From an uncultured Anaerolineales bacterium (lineage in GTDB: Bacteria > Chloroflexota > Anaerolineae > UBA7937 > JACPPX01): 64,000 bases of DNA. A program made the position numbers and the translations under genes. Position 1 is the stretch's first letter; each line of letters begins with the position of its first letter. The notes below the pieces were generated by a model. The model saw only the letters and a list, made by a program, of their open reading frames with translations. It searched no databases and had not been told where the DNA came from. This document shows positions 36,759-45,957 of the stretch, piece by piece. The stretch is from assembly GCA_964348195.1 (NCBI GenBank), contig CAYGBX010000007.1, positions 4,802 through 68,801 on the forward strand. The letters run 5' to 3'.

Positions 36759-38507
36759 GTGCCCGGGTCCGATCCGACCATACTCGACCACCTGATCTTC
36801 CTCTACGGAGACGAAGAGGGCCGGGCGACCTTCGGCAACCTGGGCACCCTGCTGGACCAGTACCGCCTCCGTCTGCCTTCCCCGCGGGGGCGGCGACTGG
36901 CGGCGGCCGACGCCATTCTGATCACCTACCCCGACATGGTGCGGGAAGCCGACAGCGCGCCACTGACGTCCCTGGCCGAGTTCCTGGCAGCCTACGCTCG
37001 CGACAGCATCGCCGCTGTCCATCTTCTGCCGTTCTTCCCCTCCTCGTCCGACGAGGGCTTCTCAGTGATGGACTACGGATCGGTCGCGCCCGAATTCGGT
37101 GGGTGGGAGGATGTGGCTCGAGTGGGTCAGGACTTCCGACTGATGTTCGATGTCGTCATCAATCATGTCTCTGCGAAGAGCGATTGGTTCCTGCGCTTCC
37201 GGGACGGTGACCCGCGGTACGAGGATCACTTCATTGTGGTCGAGGAAGAAACCGACCTATCGCAGGTTTTCCGACCACGGGCCTCGCCTCTGCTGACACC
37301 GGTTCGCACAGCACGTGGCGACGAGCTGGTGTGGACGACTTTCAGCCAGGATCAGGTGGATTTGAACTTCGCGAACCCGCGCGTACTCCTGGATATGCTG
37401 GAGGTGATCCTGAACTACGTGGCGCGCGGTGCCCAGTACCTCCGGCTGGATGCGGTTGCCTACCTCTGGAAGGAGATCGGGACCCCTTGCATCCACCTGC
37501 CGCAGACCCATCGCCTGGTCCAGCTCATTCGCGCCGTGATAGAGGAGGTGGCGCCCCAGGTCGTGCTGGTCGCCGAGGCCAACGTTCCCCATGAGGAGAA
37601 CATTACCTACTTCGGGGATGGGACGAACGAGGCCCACTTGGTCTACAACTTCTCACTGCCGCCTCTGGTGCTGCATGCCTTCCACACAGGGGACGCGAGG
37701 ACCCTGTCCGAATGGGCTGCGATGCTCCGCCTGCCTTCGGACCGGGCCACCTTCTTCAACTTCCTCGCTTCCCACGATGGAATCGGCATCCTCCCGGCTC
37801 GGCGGATCCTTTCCGATCGGGCCGTCGACGCTATGGTGGAGCGTGCCCGGGCGCTGGGCGGACACGTGTCCCATCGGGCGAATCCGGACGGATCCCAGAG
37901 CCCCTATGAGCTGAATATCAACTACCTGGACGCGCTAGGCGACCCAGAGTCGCCGGATGAAGATGCGGGCGAGGTGGCGCGCCGCTTCTTGTGCGCTCAG
38001 GGGATCCTGCTGGCGCTGAGGGGAGTGCCCGGCATCTACTTTCACAGCCTGTTCGGATCGCGGGGCTGGACTGAGGGGCCGGAGAGAACGGGCGTCCCGC
38101 GCAGCATCAACCGGGAGAGGCTGGAGCGGACCCAGTTGGAGAGGGAGCTGGATGATCCCGCGGGGCTTCGCAATCGGGTCTTTCGCGGAACCCTAGATCT
38201 TTTGGCCGCGCGGGCGGCAGCGGGCAAGGCCTTCGATCCCTACGGTGATCAGGAGGTAGTGTCTGTCGATCCCGCGGTCTTCGCGGTGCTCCGCCACGCC
38301 CAGGATGGCCTCGACCATGCTCTCTGCATCCACAACGTGACCGGTCGGGCACAGGAGGTCCAGGTAGCCGTTGACGGTCTGCCACCGGCAGCACACGAAC
38401 CCCTCAAGGATCTCCTCACGGGAGAGGACTATCAGGCTGCGGGAGGAATGCTCTCGCTGCAGCTGGCGCCGTTTCAGATGGTCTGGCTGTTCGTGAGCGA
38501 ACGCTAG
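36759..38507 (+). CDS. GH13_18 sucrose-phosphorylase-family sugar phosphorylase
   Basis: ILITYPDM..., LLPFFPSSSDEGFSVMDY, NHVS, YLRLDAVAYLWKE, EANVPHEEN and FLASHDGIG are the conserved GH13 regions as found in sucrose/glucosylglycerate phosphorylases. Confidence 0.8.
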   Translation: MPGSDPTILDHLIFLYGDEEGRATFGNLGTLLDQYRLRLPSPRGRRLAAADAILITYPDMVREADSAPLTSLAEFLAAYARDSIAAVHLLPFFPSSSDEGFSVMDYGSVAPEFGGWEDVARVGQDFRLMFDVVINHVSAKSDWFLRFRDGDPRYEDHFIVVEEETDLSQVFRPRASPLLTPVRTARGDELVWTTFSQDQVDLNFANPRVLLDMLEVILNYVARGAQYLRLDAVAYLWKEIGTPCIHLPQTHRLVQLIRAVIEEVAPQVVLVAEANVPHEENITYFGDGTNEAHLVYNFSLPPLVLHAFHTGDARTLSEWAAMLRLPSDRATFFNFLASHDGIGILPARRILSDRAVDAMVERARALGGHVSHRANPDGSQSPYELNINYLDALGDPESPDEDAGEVARRFLCAQGILLALRGVPGIYFHSLFGSRGWTEGPERTGVPRSINRERLERTQLERELDDPAGLRNRVFRGTLDLLAARAAAGKAFDPYGDQEVVSVDPAVFAVLRHAQDGLDHALCIHNVTGRAQEVQVAVDGLPPAAHEPLKDLLTGEDYQAAGGMLSLQLAPFQMVWLFVSER

Positions 38508-39778
38508 CCAGGCGAAGCCAGCAGCGGTCCCAGACTCGCTCGCAGTACGTCGTAGGAGTAGTGGCGGCGGGCAAGCGCGTAGTTGTGCTCGGCCCTCTCG
38601 GCCGCGAGGGTGCGGTCCTCGAGCAGCCGCCGGACCTCGGTAACCGTCTGCTGAGTCACAGTTCCGTCAAACTCGATGACCTCAAAGCCCAGGGGACGGA
38701 TGTCGGCCTCGTAGACGGGATATCGGTTCACCGCGATCGGCCTGTGGAACCAGACGGCTTCGAGGAACGCGTTCCCGAATCCCTGGATGAGGGAGGGGTA
38801 AGTAACCAGATCCGCCTGGGAATAGACATCCCACAGGCTGTAGATCTTCTGCCCTTCGCGGCTTCGGCTGCGTCGCTCAGCCGCGACGGGTGAGGCAAGG
38901 ACCAATCTGACGCCCAGCCGCTCGGCAAGCACCTGGAGCGCCCTTTGGTAGGAATCCCCCTCGTCACCGGAGGGGTGAGAGATGACGAGCCGAGCGTTCA
39001 GATCGAGGCGACTCACTAGCTCGATAGCGTGCTCGATGCCTTTGCGGGGGATCACCCGGGTAGGCTGGAGAATCAACAGTTCGTCCGACCCGAGACCCAG
39101 CGCGGATCGCAGATCCGCGGAGAACTCATTCGGCTCGGGCGGGGCCACCTCGTAGTTCATCACGTTGGGAATCAGATCTGCCTGGATCTCCTTGCGCCGC
39201 TGGAGCTCCTTCCGAGCCAAGGAGTTGATCGCCACATGCCGGATCGACGGAAGATCGGGCGGGAAGGAACCTGAGATGTGCTCCGATACTGCGCTTTTCT
39301 CGAATCGGGGGCGCTCCCAGGGAAGGTCGTGATGGTGACCTATCGTCGGGATTCCGGTATCGGCGATGAGTTCGGTCAGCGCTAGGCCCAGGGGGACGTT
39401 CAGGGGGATAGCGAGGGCGTTTTCGACGATCAGCCGGTCGATCGCGAACTCCTCGACGAATCGAGCCAGTTGGCGCCTCAGCAGGTCACGCGTCTGGTGA
39501 ATCCAGCGGGTGGATCCGGGATCTCCGCGGGTCGTTCCTCAGAAGCCATCGTGTCGGGCCCGGACCTTGGGGTGGCCGAAGAAGGCCTCCGGCACTACCA
39601 GCGAGCGTTCGCTGGTTCGGTCGCAGAATCCGGCGAAGTAGAAGCACGTATGCCCCATCTCTTCGAGCACCTCGGCCCACTTGGCCGTCTCGAGGGAGAC
39701 ACCGTCGATGCCAGCGAACCTGGTCGAGACGAACCCGACGCGGAGGGAGGTGGTAGGCTGGCGATCTGCAGGCTTCAT
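38504..39778 (-). CDS. GT4-family glycosyltransferase with a single in-frame UGA (39539-39541): selenoprotein candidate or recent pseudogene
   Basis: ORFs 39539..39946 (from MKPADRQPTTSLRVGFVSTRFAGIDGVSLETAKW) and 38504..39235 share one frame with no other stop between them. My translation across the junction is ...RARHDGF-[TGA]-GTTRGDPGSTRWIHQTRDLL...IPTIGHHHDLPWERPRF... Its stop overlaps the phosphorylase stop within the palindrome CTAG. Confidence 0.6.
39506..39528 (-). promoter_or_regulatory. Weak two-tier hairpin 10 nt downstream of the GT4 UGA
   Basis: On the minus strand, GCGG-A-GAUC-CCG-GAUC-CAC-CCGC. The 10-nt offset is the same as the hairpins after the other UGA sites. Confidence 0.25.
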
Positions 39779-39994
39779 GCCTGTGTCGGCGCATCTCCGC
39801 GGACAGCGCTGGCGCCGTTCCGGCCGATTGCCCCCTCCCGACGCAGTCGGGCTCCTCCCGACGCGCAGGCACCGCTCCCTGGAGGACTGGCGAGTCGGTA
39901 CGTCGCTCGTCGCAAGGACAAAGAGCCGCCATTTATGGCGGGGCACGAGACTCCGCCGCAGCCTCGGTCCGCCGGCCGCTGAACGTAGAGCGAG

Positions 39995-40621
39995 CTACCT
40001 GCCTGCAAAAAGCGATGCCCTGCGAGGTGTCGTCAGAATCGCGCAGGCCGGACACTGGTGCACGGCCAACTGTCGCGGTTGGGGGAGGCGTTGTTCGTCA
40101 TCGCCCGTGGGGAAGCTGAGGCGTCGCTGCTGGGGCTTCGGCGGCGCCATGAGCTCTCTGATGGCGGCAAACACCACCTTGAACTGCGCGTCATACTTCT
40201 TCTCCAGAGCTTCGAGCTTGCGCGCCAGATCTTCGTGAGTGGACAGAAGTCGGCGCAGACGCACAAAGGTCCGCATGATCTCGATGTTGACCTGGACCGC
40301 ACGCTTGCTTCGAAGAACGCTCGACAGCATGGCCACGCCCTGCTCAGTAAACGCGTAGGGAGGATAGCGACGGCCGCCCCACTGACTTGAGGTCACAGAT
40401 TGTGATCTCAAGATCCCGAACTCCTCCTTCGTGAGCTGAAACATGAAGTCTTTGGGGAAGCGATCGATGTTTCGCTTAACTGCCTGCACCAGGGTGCGGG
40501 TCTCCACCTCGTACAATGTAGCCAGATCTGCGTCGAGCATGACCTTCTGGCCCCGGATCAAGAGGATAGCCCTCTCAACCCTTCCGACAGGCACGAGCGA
40601 GCGCTTGGCGGGCTTGGTCAT
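39995..40621 (-). CDS. ORF6N (KilA-N-related) DNA-binding domain protein
   Basis: [46 protein letters not shown]...[25 protein letters not shown] is the canonical ORF6N signature. Confidence 0.78.
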   Translation of the reverse strand: MTKPAKRSLVPVGRVERAILLIRGQKVMLDADLATLYEVETRTLVQAVKRNIDRFPKDFMFQLTKEEFGILRSQSVTSSQWGGRRYPPYAFTEQGVAMLSSVLRSKRAVQVNIEIMRTFVRLRRLLSTHEDLARKLEALEKKYDAQFKVVFAAIRELMAPPKPQQRRLSFPTGDDEQRLPQPRQLAVHQCPACAILTTPRRASLFAGR

Positions 40622-40644
40622 ATCAAACCCGGGGGCCGGGGTAA

Positions 40645-42447
40645 TCAGTTCTCCCGCTTCTGGGCGACCGCGGCCCGAGCCATGTCGATGAACTCCTCAA
40701 GGGACTGAGGACCCAAATCCTCTTCGGTGCGGAGCCGGACAGAGACGTTGCCGGACTCGACCTCCTGATCCCCCACCACAAGCATGTAGGGCACCTTCTG
40801 GAGCTGGGCGTCACGGATCTTGGCCTGCATTCGTTCGGAGCGATCGTCGATCGAGACACGCAGAGCCGCCTCCTTCAGACGGCCGGCAACGACCCGTGCG
40901 TAGTCGGTGTGGCGATCGGCGATCGGGATGACGACGGCCTGCACCGGGGATAGCCAGACCGGAAAGGCTCCTGAGTAGTGCTCGATGAGGACACCGAAGA
41001 AGCGTTCCAGCGACCCCAGGAGCGCGCGGTGGACCATGAAGGGTTGACGTCTCTCGCCGTCCTTGTCCACAAACTCCATCTCGAACCGGGCTGGCATATT
41101 GAAATCAAACTGGATCGTGGAGCACTGCCACAATCTGCCGAGGGCATCCTTGATCTTGATGTCGATCTTCGGTCCGTAGAAGACGGCCTCGCCCGGCATC
41201 GGCTCGTAGCTCAGATCCTGGCTGTCCAGGGCCCGGGCCAGGGCCGCCTCCGCCATCTCCCAATCGTCCTCGCGTCCCGGGTACTCTTCCGGCGTGCCGG
41301 GATCGCGCACGCTGAGCTCGATCTTGAACTCCTCGAACCCGAAGCCTCGGAGCAGATCCAGACTGAAGTCCACCGCCTTCCGAATCTCATCGTCCACCTG
41401 ATCCGGACTGCAGAAGATGTGGGCATCGTCGATGGTGAACCCGCGGACGCGCATCAAGCCGTGAAGGACCCCGGAGGCCTCATATCGGTACACTGCCCCC
41501 AGCTCCGCCAGGCGCATCGGCAGATCCCGGTATGATCGCAGCCCCGACTTATAGACCATGATGTGGTAGGGACAGTTCATCGGCTTGGCGTAGTACTCCA
41601 CGCCATCGATGTCCATCGGCGCGTACATGTTCTCCTTGTAGAAGTCGAGATGGCCGCTGGTGGACCAGAGCGTGTGCTTGCCGATGTGGGGGGCGAAGAC
41701 GATGTCGTATCCCTCCGCCAGGTGACGCTCCCGCCAGTAGTCCTCGATCGTGTTGCGGATGATCCCGCCCTTCGGATGCCATACGATCAGGCCTGCGCCG
41801 GCCTCTTCGTGGTGAATGCTGAACAGGTCCAGCTCCTTCCCGAGGACCCGATGGTCGCGTCGCTGCGCCTCAGCGCGCAGCTCGACGTACCTATCTAGCT
41901 CTTCCTGGGACGGCCAAGCGGTCCCGTAGATCCGCTGGAGCATGGGGTTCTTGGCGTCGCCGCGCCAGTAGGCTCCCGCCACGCTCAACAGCTTGATGCC
42001 CTTGGCCGGCAGTTTGCCGGTGTGCTCCACATGGGGGCCCGCGCACAGGTCGGTGAACTGGTCGTGGGTGTAGAGAGAGACGGTCCCTGATGGCTCCTCG
42101 CCGGCCTCGCCGTGGGTGCCGAGCTCTCCCTTCTCAAGTGCTTCGATCAGCTCCAACTTGAAGGGTTGGTCGCGGAAGATCTGGCGAGCCTCGTCCGGAG
42201 AGACGTCCCGATGTTCAAAGGGGTGGATCCCGGCGATGATCTCCCACATTCGCGCTTCGATGCCTTGGAGATCGTCGGGGGTGAGCGAGCGCGGCAGGTC
42301 GAAATCGTAGTAGAACCCGTCCTCGATCGGCGGGCCGATCCCCAGCTTGCCGTCGGGGAACATCTCTAGGACGGCCTGGGCCATCACGTGCGAGGCCGAG
42401 TGGCGGAGCGCGTCCAGCGATCTTGAGTCGGATTCCTTGTTGGCCAT
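40645..42447 (-). CDS. thrS: Threonine--tRNA ligase (no N-terminal TGS domain)
   Basis: The protein starts directly at the editing-domain HxxxH ([12 protein letters not shown]). Class II motifs and the C-terminal anticodon-binding domain are present. Confidence 0.95.
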   Translation of the reverse strand: MANKESDSRSLDALRHSASHVMAQAVLEMFPDGKLGIGPPIEDGFYYDFDLPRSLTPDDLQGIEARMWEIIAGIHPFEHRDVSPDEARQIFRDQPFKLELIEALEKGELGTHGEAGEEPSGTVSLYTHDQFTDLCAGPHVEHTGKLPAKGIKLLSVAGAYWRGDAKNPMLQRIYGTAWPSQEELDRYVELRAEAQRRDHRVLGKELDLFSIHHEEAGAGLIVWHPKGGIIRNTIEDYWRERHLAEGYDIVFAPHIGKHTLWSTSGHLDFYKENMYAPMDIDGVEYYAKPMNCPYHIMVYKSGLRSYRDLPMRLAELGAVYRYEASGVLHGLMRVRGFTIDDAHIFCSPDQVDDEIRKAVDFSLDLLRGFGFEEFKIELSVRDPGTPEEYPGREDDWEMAEAALARALDSQDLSYEPMPGEAVFYGPKIDIKIKDALGRLWQCSTIQFDFNMPARFEMEFVDKDGERRQPFMVHRALLGSLERFFGVLIEHYSGAFPVWLSPVQAVVIPIADRHTDYARVVAGRLKEAALRVSIDDRSERMQAKIRDAQLQKVPYMLVVGDQEVESGNVSVRLRTEEDLGPQSLEEFIDMARAAVAQKREN

Positions 42448-42515
42448 GATTCACTCCTTTCGATTGGCACTCTTCTCGAAGCGCGGGATCTTTCTGGCGG
42501 CGATCAGGATCGCCT

Positions 42516-43481
42516 TCAGGAGCTCTGTGTTCCGGTCGAATCTTCCAGTGGTTGCGTCTCGGACCGCCAGCGAGGAGCGGGCGTCGGTCGGCCCTCGGGC
42601 CAGCGGGCCAGCGTGATCCCAAGAAGGACAACGCCGGCTCCAACGAGGTGGCCCATGGTGAGCCGCTCTCCGAGAGTGATGGCGGCTGTGGTGACGGCCA
42701 CTACTGGGATGAGGTTTCCGTACACCGCGGTTCTCACCGGCCCGAGATGGGCTACGCCCGCGTACCAGAGCACGTAGGCGATAACCGACGAGAAGACCAC
42801 GGCGTAGCCCAGTCCGAGCCAGCTGGCAAGGGAAACGGCGCCCCAGTCCTGCTGCAGGGTGGGGCCGATACCAATCGGAAGCAGCACGAACCCGGTGGCC
42901 AACACGATTCCCACCGCCATGAGCCGCAGCGCTGAGTGTCGCCTGAGCGGTTCCTTGGCCACCACCACGCCCAGAGCCGTCGTAACGGCGGCCCCCAGAG
43001 AAAGGAGGTCGCCACGCAGACTCTCGCTGCTCAAGCTGAACTCGCCCGAACCGGCTCGAATGACGAGGAGAACCCCCAAGAAAGAGAGCGCGATCCCTAC
43101 CGCCTGGCGGAGCCGGATGGTCTCGTAGCCCATGCCGGCGGATAGCAGGGCTACCCAGATGGGTGCGGACGCGATGATCAGAGAAGAGTTGGATGCGGTT
43201 GTAAGGTCGATGCCCACCGTGAAGAAGATCTGGTAGAGGCCCACTCCCACGATCCCGACGACGGCAACTGCCCGCCAGTCGCGGCGTTCCATCACAGGTC
43301 GGCCCTCCAGCCACCATACCACGGCCAGCAGCAGTACCGCTGTCGCAGCGAAGCGGACCGTCACGAAGGCCAGGGGGTCGATCTCAACTAGCGTGAACTT
43401 CACCACGCTGAAGACCGATCCCCAGATCAAGACCACCGAGAGGACGTAGAGGTCAGCCCGTCCTAGGTATCCCTTCAACAT
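42516..43481 (-). CDS. EamA/DMT-family transporter
   Basis: 10-TM protein with a duplicated EamA domain pattern. I chose the start at MLKGYLGRADLYVL (43481). Confidence 0.85.
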   Translation of the reverse strand: MLKGYLGRADLYVLSVVLIWGSVFSVVKFTLVEIDPLAFVTVRFAATAVLLLAVVWWLEGRPVMERRDWRAVAVVGIVGVGLYQIFFTVGIDLTTASNSSLIIASAPIWVALLSAGMGYETIRLRQAVGIALSFLGVLLVIRAGSGEFSLSSESLRGDLLSLGAAVTTALGVVVAKEPLRRHSALRLMAVGIVLATGFVLLPIGIGPTLQQDWGAVSLASWLGLGYAVVFSSVIAYVLWYAGVAHLGPVRTAVYGNLIPVVAVTTAAITLGERLTMGHLVGAGVVLLGITLARWPEGRPTPAPRWRSETQPLEDSTGTQSS

Positions 43482-43900
43482 CTGCCTCCAACAGAGAGAC
43501 CCCTCGCCCTGGGGCGAGAGGTCCCGCGGTTCCACCCAAGTCTACCCCGATGCGCTCGAGGTCTCTGCGGCCGCTAACGAGGCCATCCGAGTCACCCTAC
43601 TAGGCGAGCTCTTCGACCGCCTTTCGGGCACTGGCTCCCGGGTGGTTTTCGCCGGGTTCTCGGCCAGCGGGGCTCTCAGTCTTAGACCTGGTCCCCCCGG
43701 ACCAGACCGCGGCCTCGCCTCCCTGTGGCTGTTGTCCGGCTACTCGTCCCGATCTAAGCCTTTGTGCGTCTCTCCGGCTCTGCTCTCTCTGAGAGCAGGA
43801 CTGAGCCTGCGAACACGGCTCTCTGCTCACAGTGCGAGCACGGCTCGCCACGCCCAGGGTTTCCCGTGGGCGCGCAGCTCTCTTCTCGCATCGCGAGAAG

Positions 43901-43974
43901 TGGGCGGTATTGGACTTGAACCAATGACCTCCACGATGTCAACGTGGCGCTCTAGCCAACTGAGCTAACCGCCC
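43901..43974 (-). tRNA. tRNA-Val (anticodon GAC)
   Basis: Hand-folded cloverleaf: acceptor GGGCGGT/ACCGCCC, D arm GCTC/GAGC, anticodon stem CCACG/CGTGG with loop TTGACAT, T arm ATTGG/CCAAT with loop TTCAAGT. CCA is not encoded. Confidence 0.9.
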
Positions 43975-43985
43975 GAAGCAGGACC

Positions 43986-44014
43986 ATTATAGCCAGGGCA
44001 GAGGTGGAGTTCAA
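43986..44014 (-). promoter_or_regulatory. Near-consensus sigma-70 promoter for tRNA-Val
   Basis: On the minus strand: TTGAAC, a 17-nt spacer, then TATAAT. The -10 element ends 11 nt before the tRNA 5' end. Confidence 0.6.
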
Positions 44015-44185
44015 GGTGGGGAGGCTGGAGGGCTCGGATCGTGGGTTCGGGCGGGTATCCAAGCCCTGGGTCTGGAGCGCGGGCACCCTGTCGCGCTAGA
44101 ATAGCCCTCTTCCCAAGAGAGAGGCGTGCGGTCGCACTGGGCTCGTTTCGAGGTGAGATCTGACTAGGGCGAACGGGGGAGCTCG

Positions 44186-45877
44186 GTGAATGATAATACC
44201 GGACCCCGGTGGATGCCGATCGGCCTGAGTCTGGCCCTGGCCGGCCTCACCATTGCTCTCGCCGCTCGAGAGCCGGTCGCTCGCGCAGTGGAAGGCAATG
44301 CCTCGCTGCAGCCACCGGGGACCACTACGGTCACCCCGACGCCCCCCTCGACGGCCACCGCCACGCCGACTCCGACCAATACGTCAACCCCCTCCCCGGT
44401 TTGCCAAGGAGACGAGACCATGTCCTTTGATCCAGCCGCGTCGCTGGTGGGGGATCCCTTCGTCATCCTGGTCTCCTCGGCCAAGCCTCACGTGAACGTG
44501 CGGTTGGATGGGCCGTTCTCTCCCGCCTACCTCGACGCTCGGCCTGGAGGTCTGGGGTTCGTCTGGCGGTGGGAGGCCATCGCAGGTGCCCCCGGGACAG
44601 CAGCCTATGACTTCTACGCTCAGGAGACTGAACTTTGCACTTCCGGATCGGTGGCTATCTCCGCCGCCCCGACTCCGACCGCTACCGAGACGCTAACTCC
44701 ATCCCCCAGCCCTTCACTGGGACCGCCCACCGCGACAGATGTTCCCCCCACGGACACTCCGTCGCCGTCTCCCACCAGAACGCCAACGCGGACGACGACG
44801 CCCGTGGTTCTCGCTCCCCTTCTCACCCCTTTGCCAGCGACCACCCCTGTGGCGCCCGTTGCCGGAGGGGACCTGAGCACCACCCTCGGATGGGTCCTCG
44901 TGACAGTGGGCGGCCTCTTGGCCGCCGGGGGGATCGGAGCGTTTGTCCTGCTCCTGACCAGAAGGCCTCAAGAGCAGGTCTCGGAGCCGAGGTGCCGCTG
45001 TGATGTCAAGCTGGCGGGAATCGAGGTCACTCCCGTTGACGTCTTCGGCGACGTTGTCTGCAAGCCGATCTATGAGCGGGAACCCTCTTGCGAAGGAAAG
45101 TGCAAAGACGGCCGGTCGTGTCGTATGGACGTCACCTATCGCTGGTCCTTCAGCGATGAGACGTCAGACGAGGTGAGGCCCGGAGGCATCCCCCGAGGCT
45201 CAATGGATCGGGAGTGGCTTCACCTGGATACTCCTCCGGGATCGACGGTGGGAGTGCATCTGGACGTGACGGTTGAGTGCTACTGCCGAAGGTTCCTGCG
45301 GCGGACCGGCGAGAGCAGCCCGTGCTATGACAGCGCCTCACGGACTTTCAAGACCACCATGCCCTGCCAGTGCAAGCCCAAGGCAAGCGAGAAGGAACCG
45401 AAGCTGACGCTGCAGAGCAGTCATGCTCTGGAGGATGGGTGGGTGCTCCGCATGACCTGGAAGCTGGAGAACCCTCCGGAGCTTGAGTGCGAGGGATCGT
45501 GCGGTGAGAGCGAGGAGCCCTGCAAACTCAAGATGGATTGCATATGGATCGGGGACCACAAGGCGCTGACGTTTCCGGGCAGGTACGATTGGTGCGATGC
45601 GATCACCGTCCATGTGGACGGTCGCCAGGTCCGAAGCCGCTGGTTCAACCGCCCCACCGACCCGGCGGACATCCCCTACGTCCTGGATTTGGAGATCGAA
45701 GCCCGCTGTCAGTGCGAAGGCTCAGCCGTGGACGAGGTGGAACTGTTCGAGTTCTGCCGGTGGGCGGGGGCCTTCCACTGCAAGGGAGACAAGTTCCAGA
45801 GGTTTGAGCGGCACCCCCTGCGAATGGCGCCGATTGGGCGGCTCCATGCTCAGGGCGTCACGTCGATCCGAGGTTGA
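44186..45877 (+). CDS. Hypothetical single-pass membrane protein with Pro/Thr-rich linkers and a duplicated Cys-rich C-terminal domain
   Basis: It has an N-terminal hydrophobic segment, PT-rich low-complexity linkers, a central TM (LGWVLVTVGGLLAAGGIGAFVLLL followed by TRRPQEQ), and then about 290 aa containing about 20 Cys. Confidence 0.6.
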   Translation: MNDNTGPRWMPIGLSLALAGLTIALAAREPVARAVEGNASLQPPGTTTVTPTPPSTATATPTPTNTSTPSPVCQGDETMSFDPAASLVGDPFVILVSSAKPHVNVRLDGPFSPAYLDARPGGLGFVWRWEAIAGAPGTAAYDFYAQETELCTSGSVAISAAPTPTATETLTPSPSPSLGPPTATDVPPTDTPSPSPTRTPTRTTTPVVLAPLLTPLPATTPVAPVAGGDLSTTLGWVLVTVGGLLAAGGIGAFVLLLTRRPQEQVSEPRCRCDVKLAGIEVTPVDVFGDVVCKPIYEREPSCEGKCKDGRSCRMDVTYRWSFSDETSDEVRPGGIPRGSMDREWLHLDTPPGSTVGVHLDVTVECYCRRFLRRTGESSPCYDSASRTFKTTMPCQCKPKASEKEPKLTLQSSHALEDGWVLRMTWKLENPPELECEGSCGESEEPCKLKMDCIWIGDHKALTFPGRYDWCDAITVHVDGRQVRSRWFNRPTDPADIPYVLDLEIEARCQCEGSAVDEVELFEFCRWAGAFHCKGDKFQRFERHPLRMAPIGRLHAQGVTSIRG

Positions 45878-45957
45878 GGACCAGGTACGAGGCCAAGTGG
45901 ACGGGCCGCCGCTCTTGAGGGTGGGGATCGAAGCTCACCGACAAGGCGACCGAGGGC

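Noticed and set aside
39470-39982. Plus-strand 170-aa ORF and other ORFs overlapping the GT4 N-terminal region
   Set aside because: The minus-strand frame encodes a clear GT4 N-terminus (RVGFVSTRFAGIDGVSLETAKW). The plus-strand translation is low-complexity and Arg/Pro/Ala-rich.
39995-40621. ORF6N gene as a marker of a prophage or mobile element
   Set aside because: There is no integrase, transposase, terminase or flanking direct repeats. The neighbours are ordinary metabolic and housekeeping genes. Although tRNA-Val lies 3.3 kb away, I see no attachment-site duplication.
43536-43900. RNase P RNA, SRP RNA, tmRNA, T-box or cobalamin riboswitch
   Set aside because: The universal motifs are not present on the relevant strand: GGAAAGUCCGG for RNase P, the GGAA/AGCA helix-8 motif for SRP, the tRNA-like ends of tmRNA, and GGGUGGUACCGCG for T-box. 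The B12-box resemblance is partial. I kept it only as an unclassified structured region.
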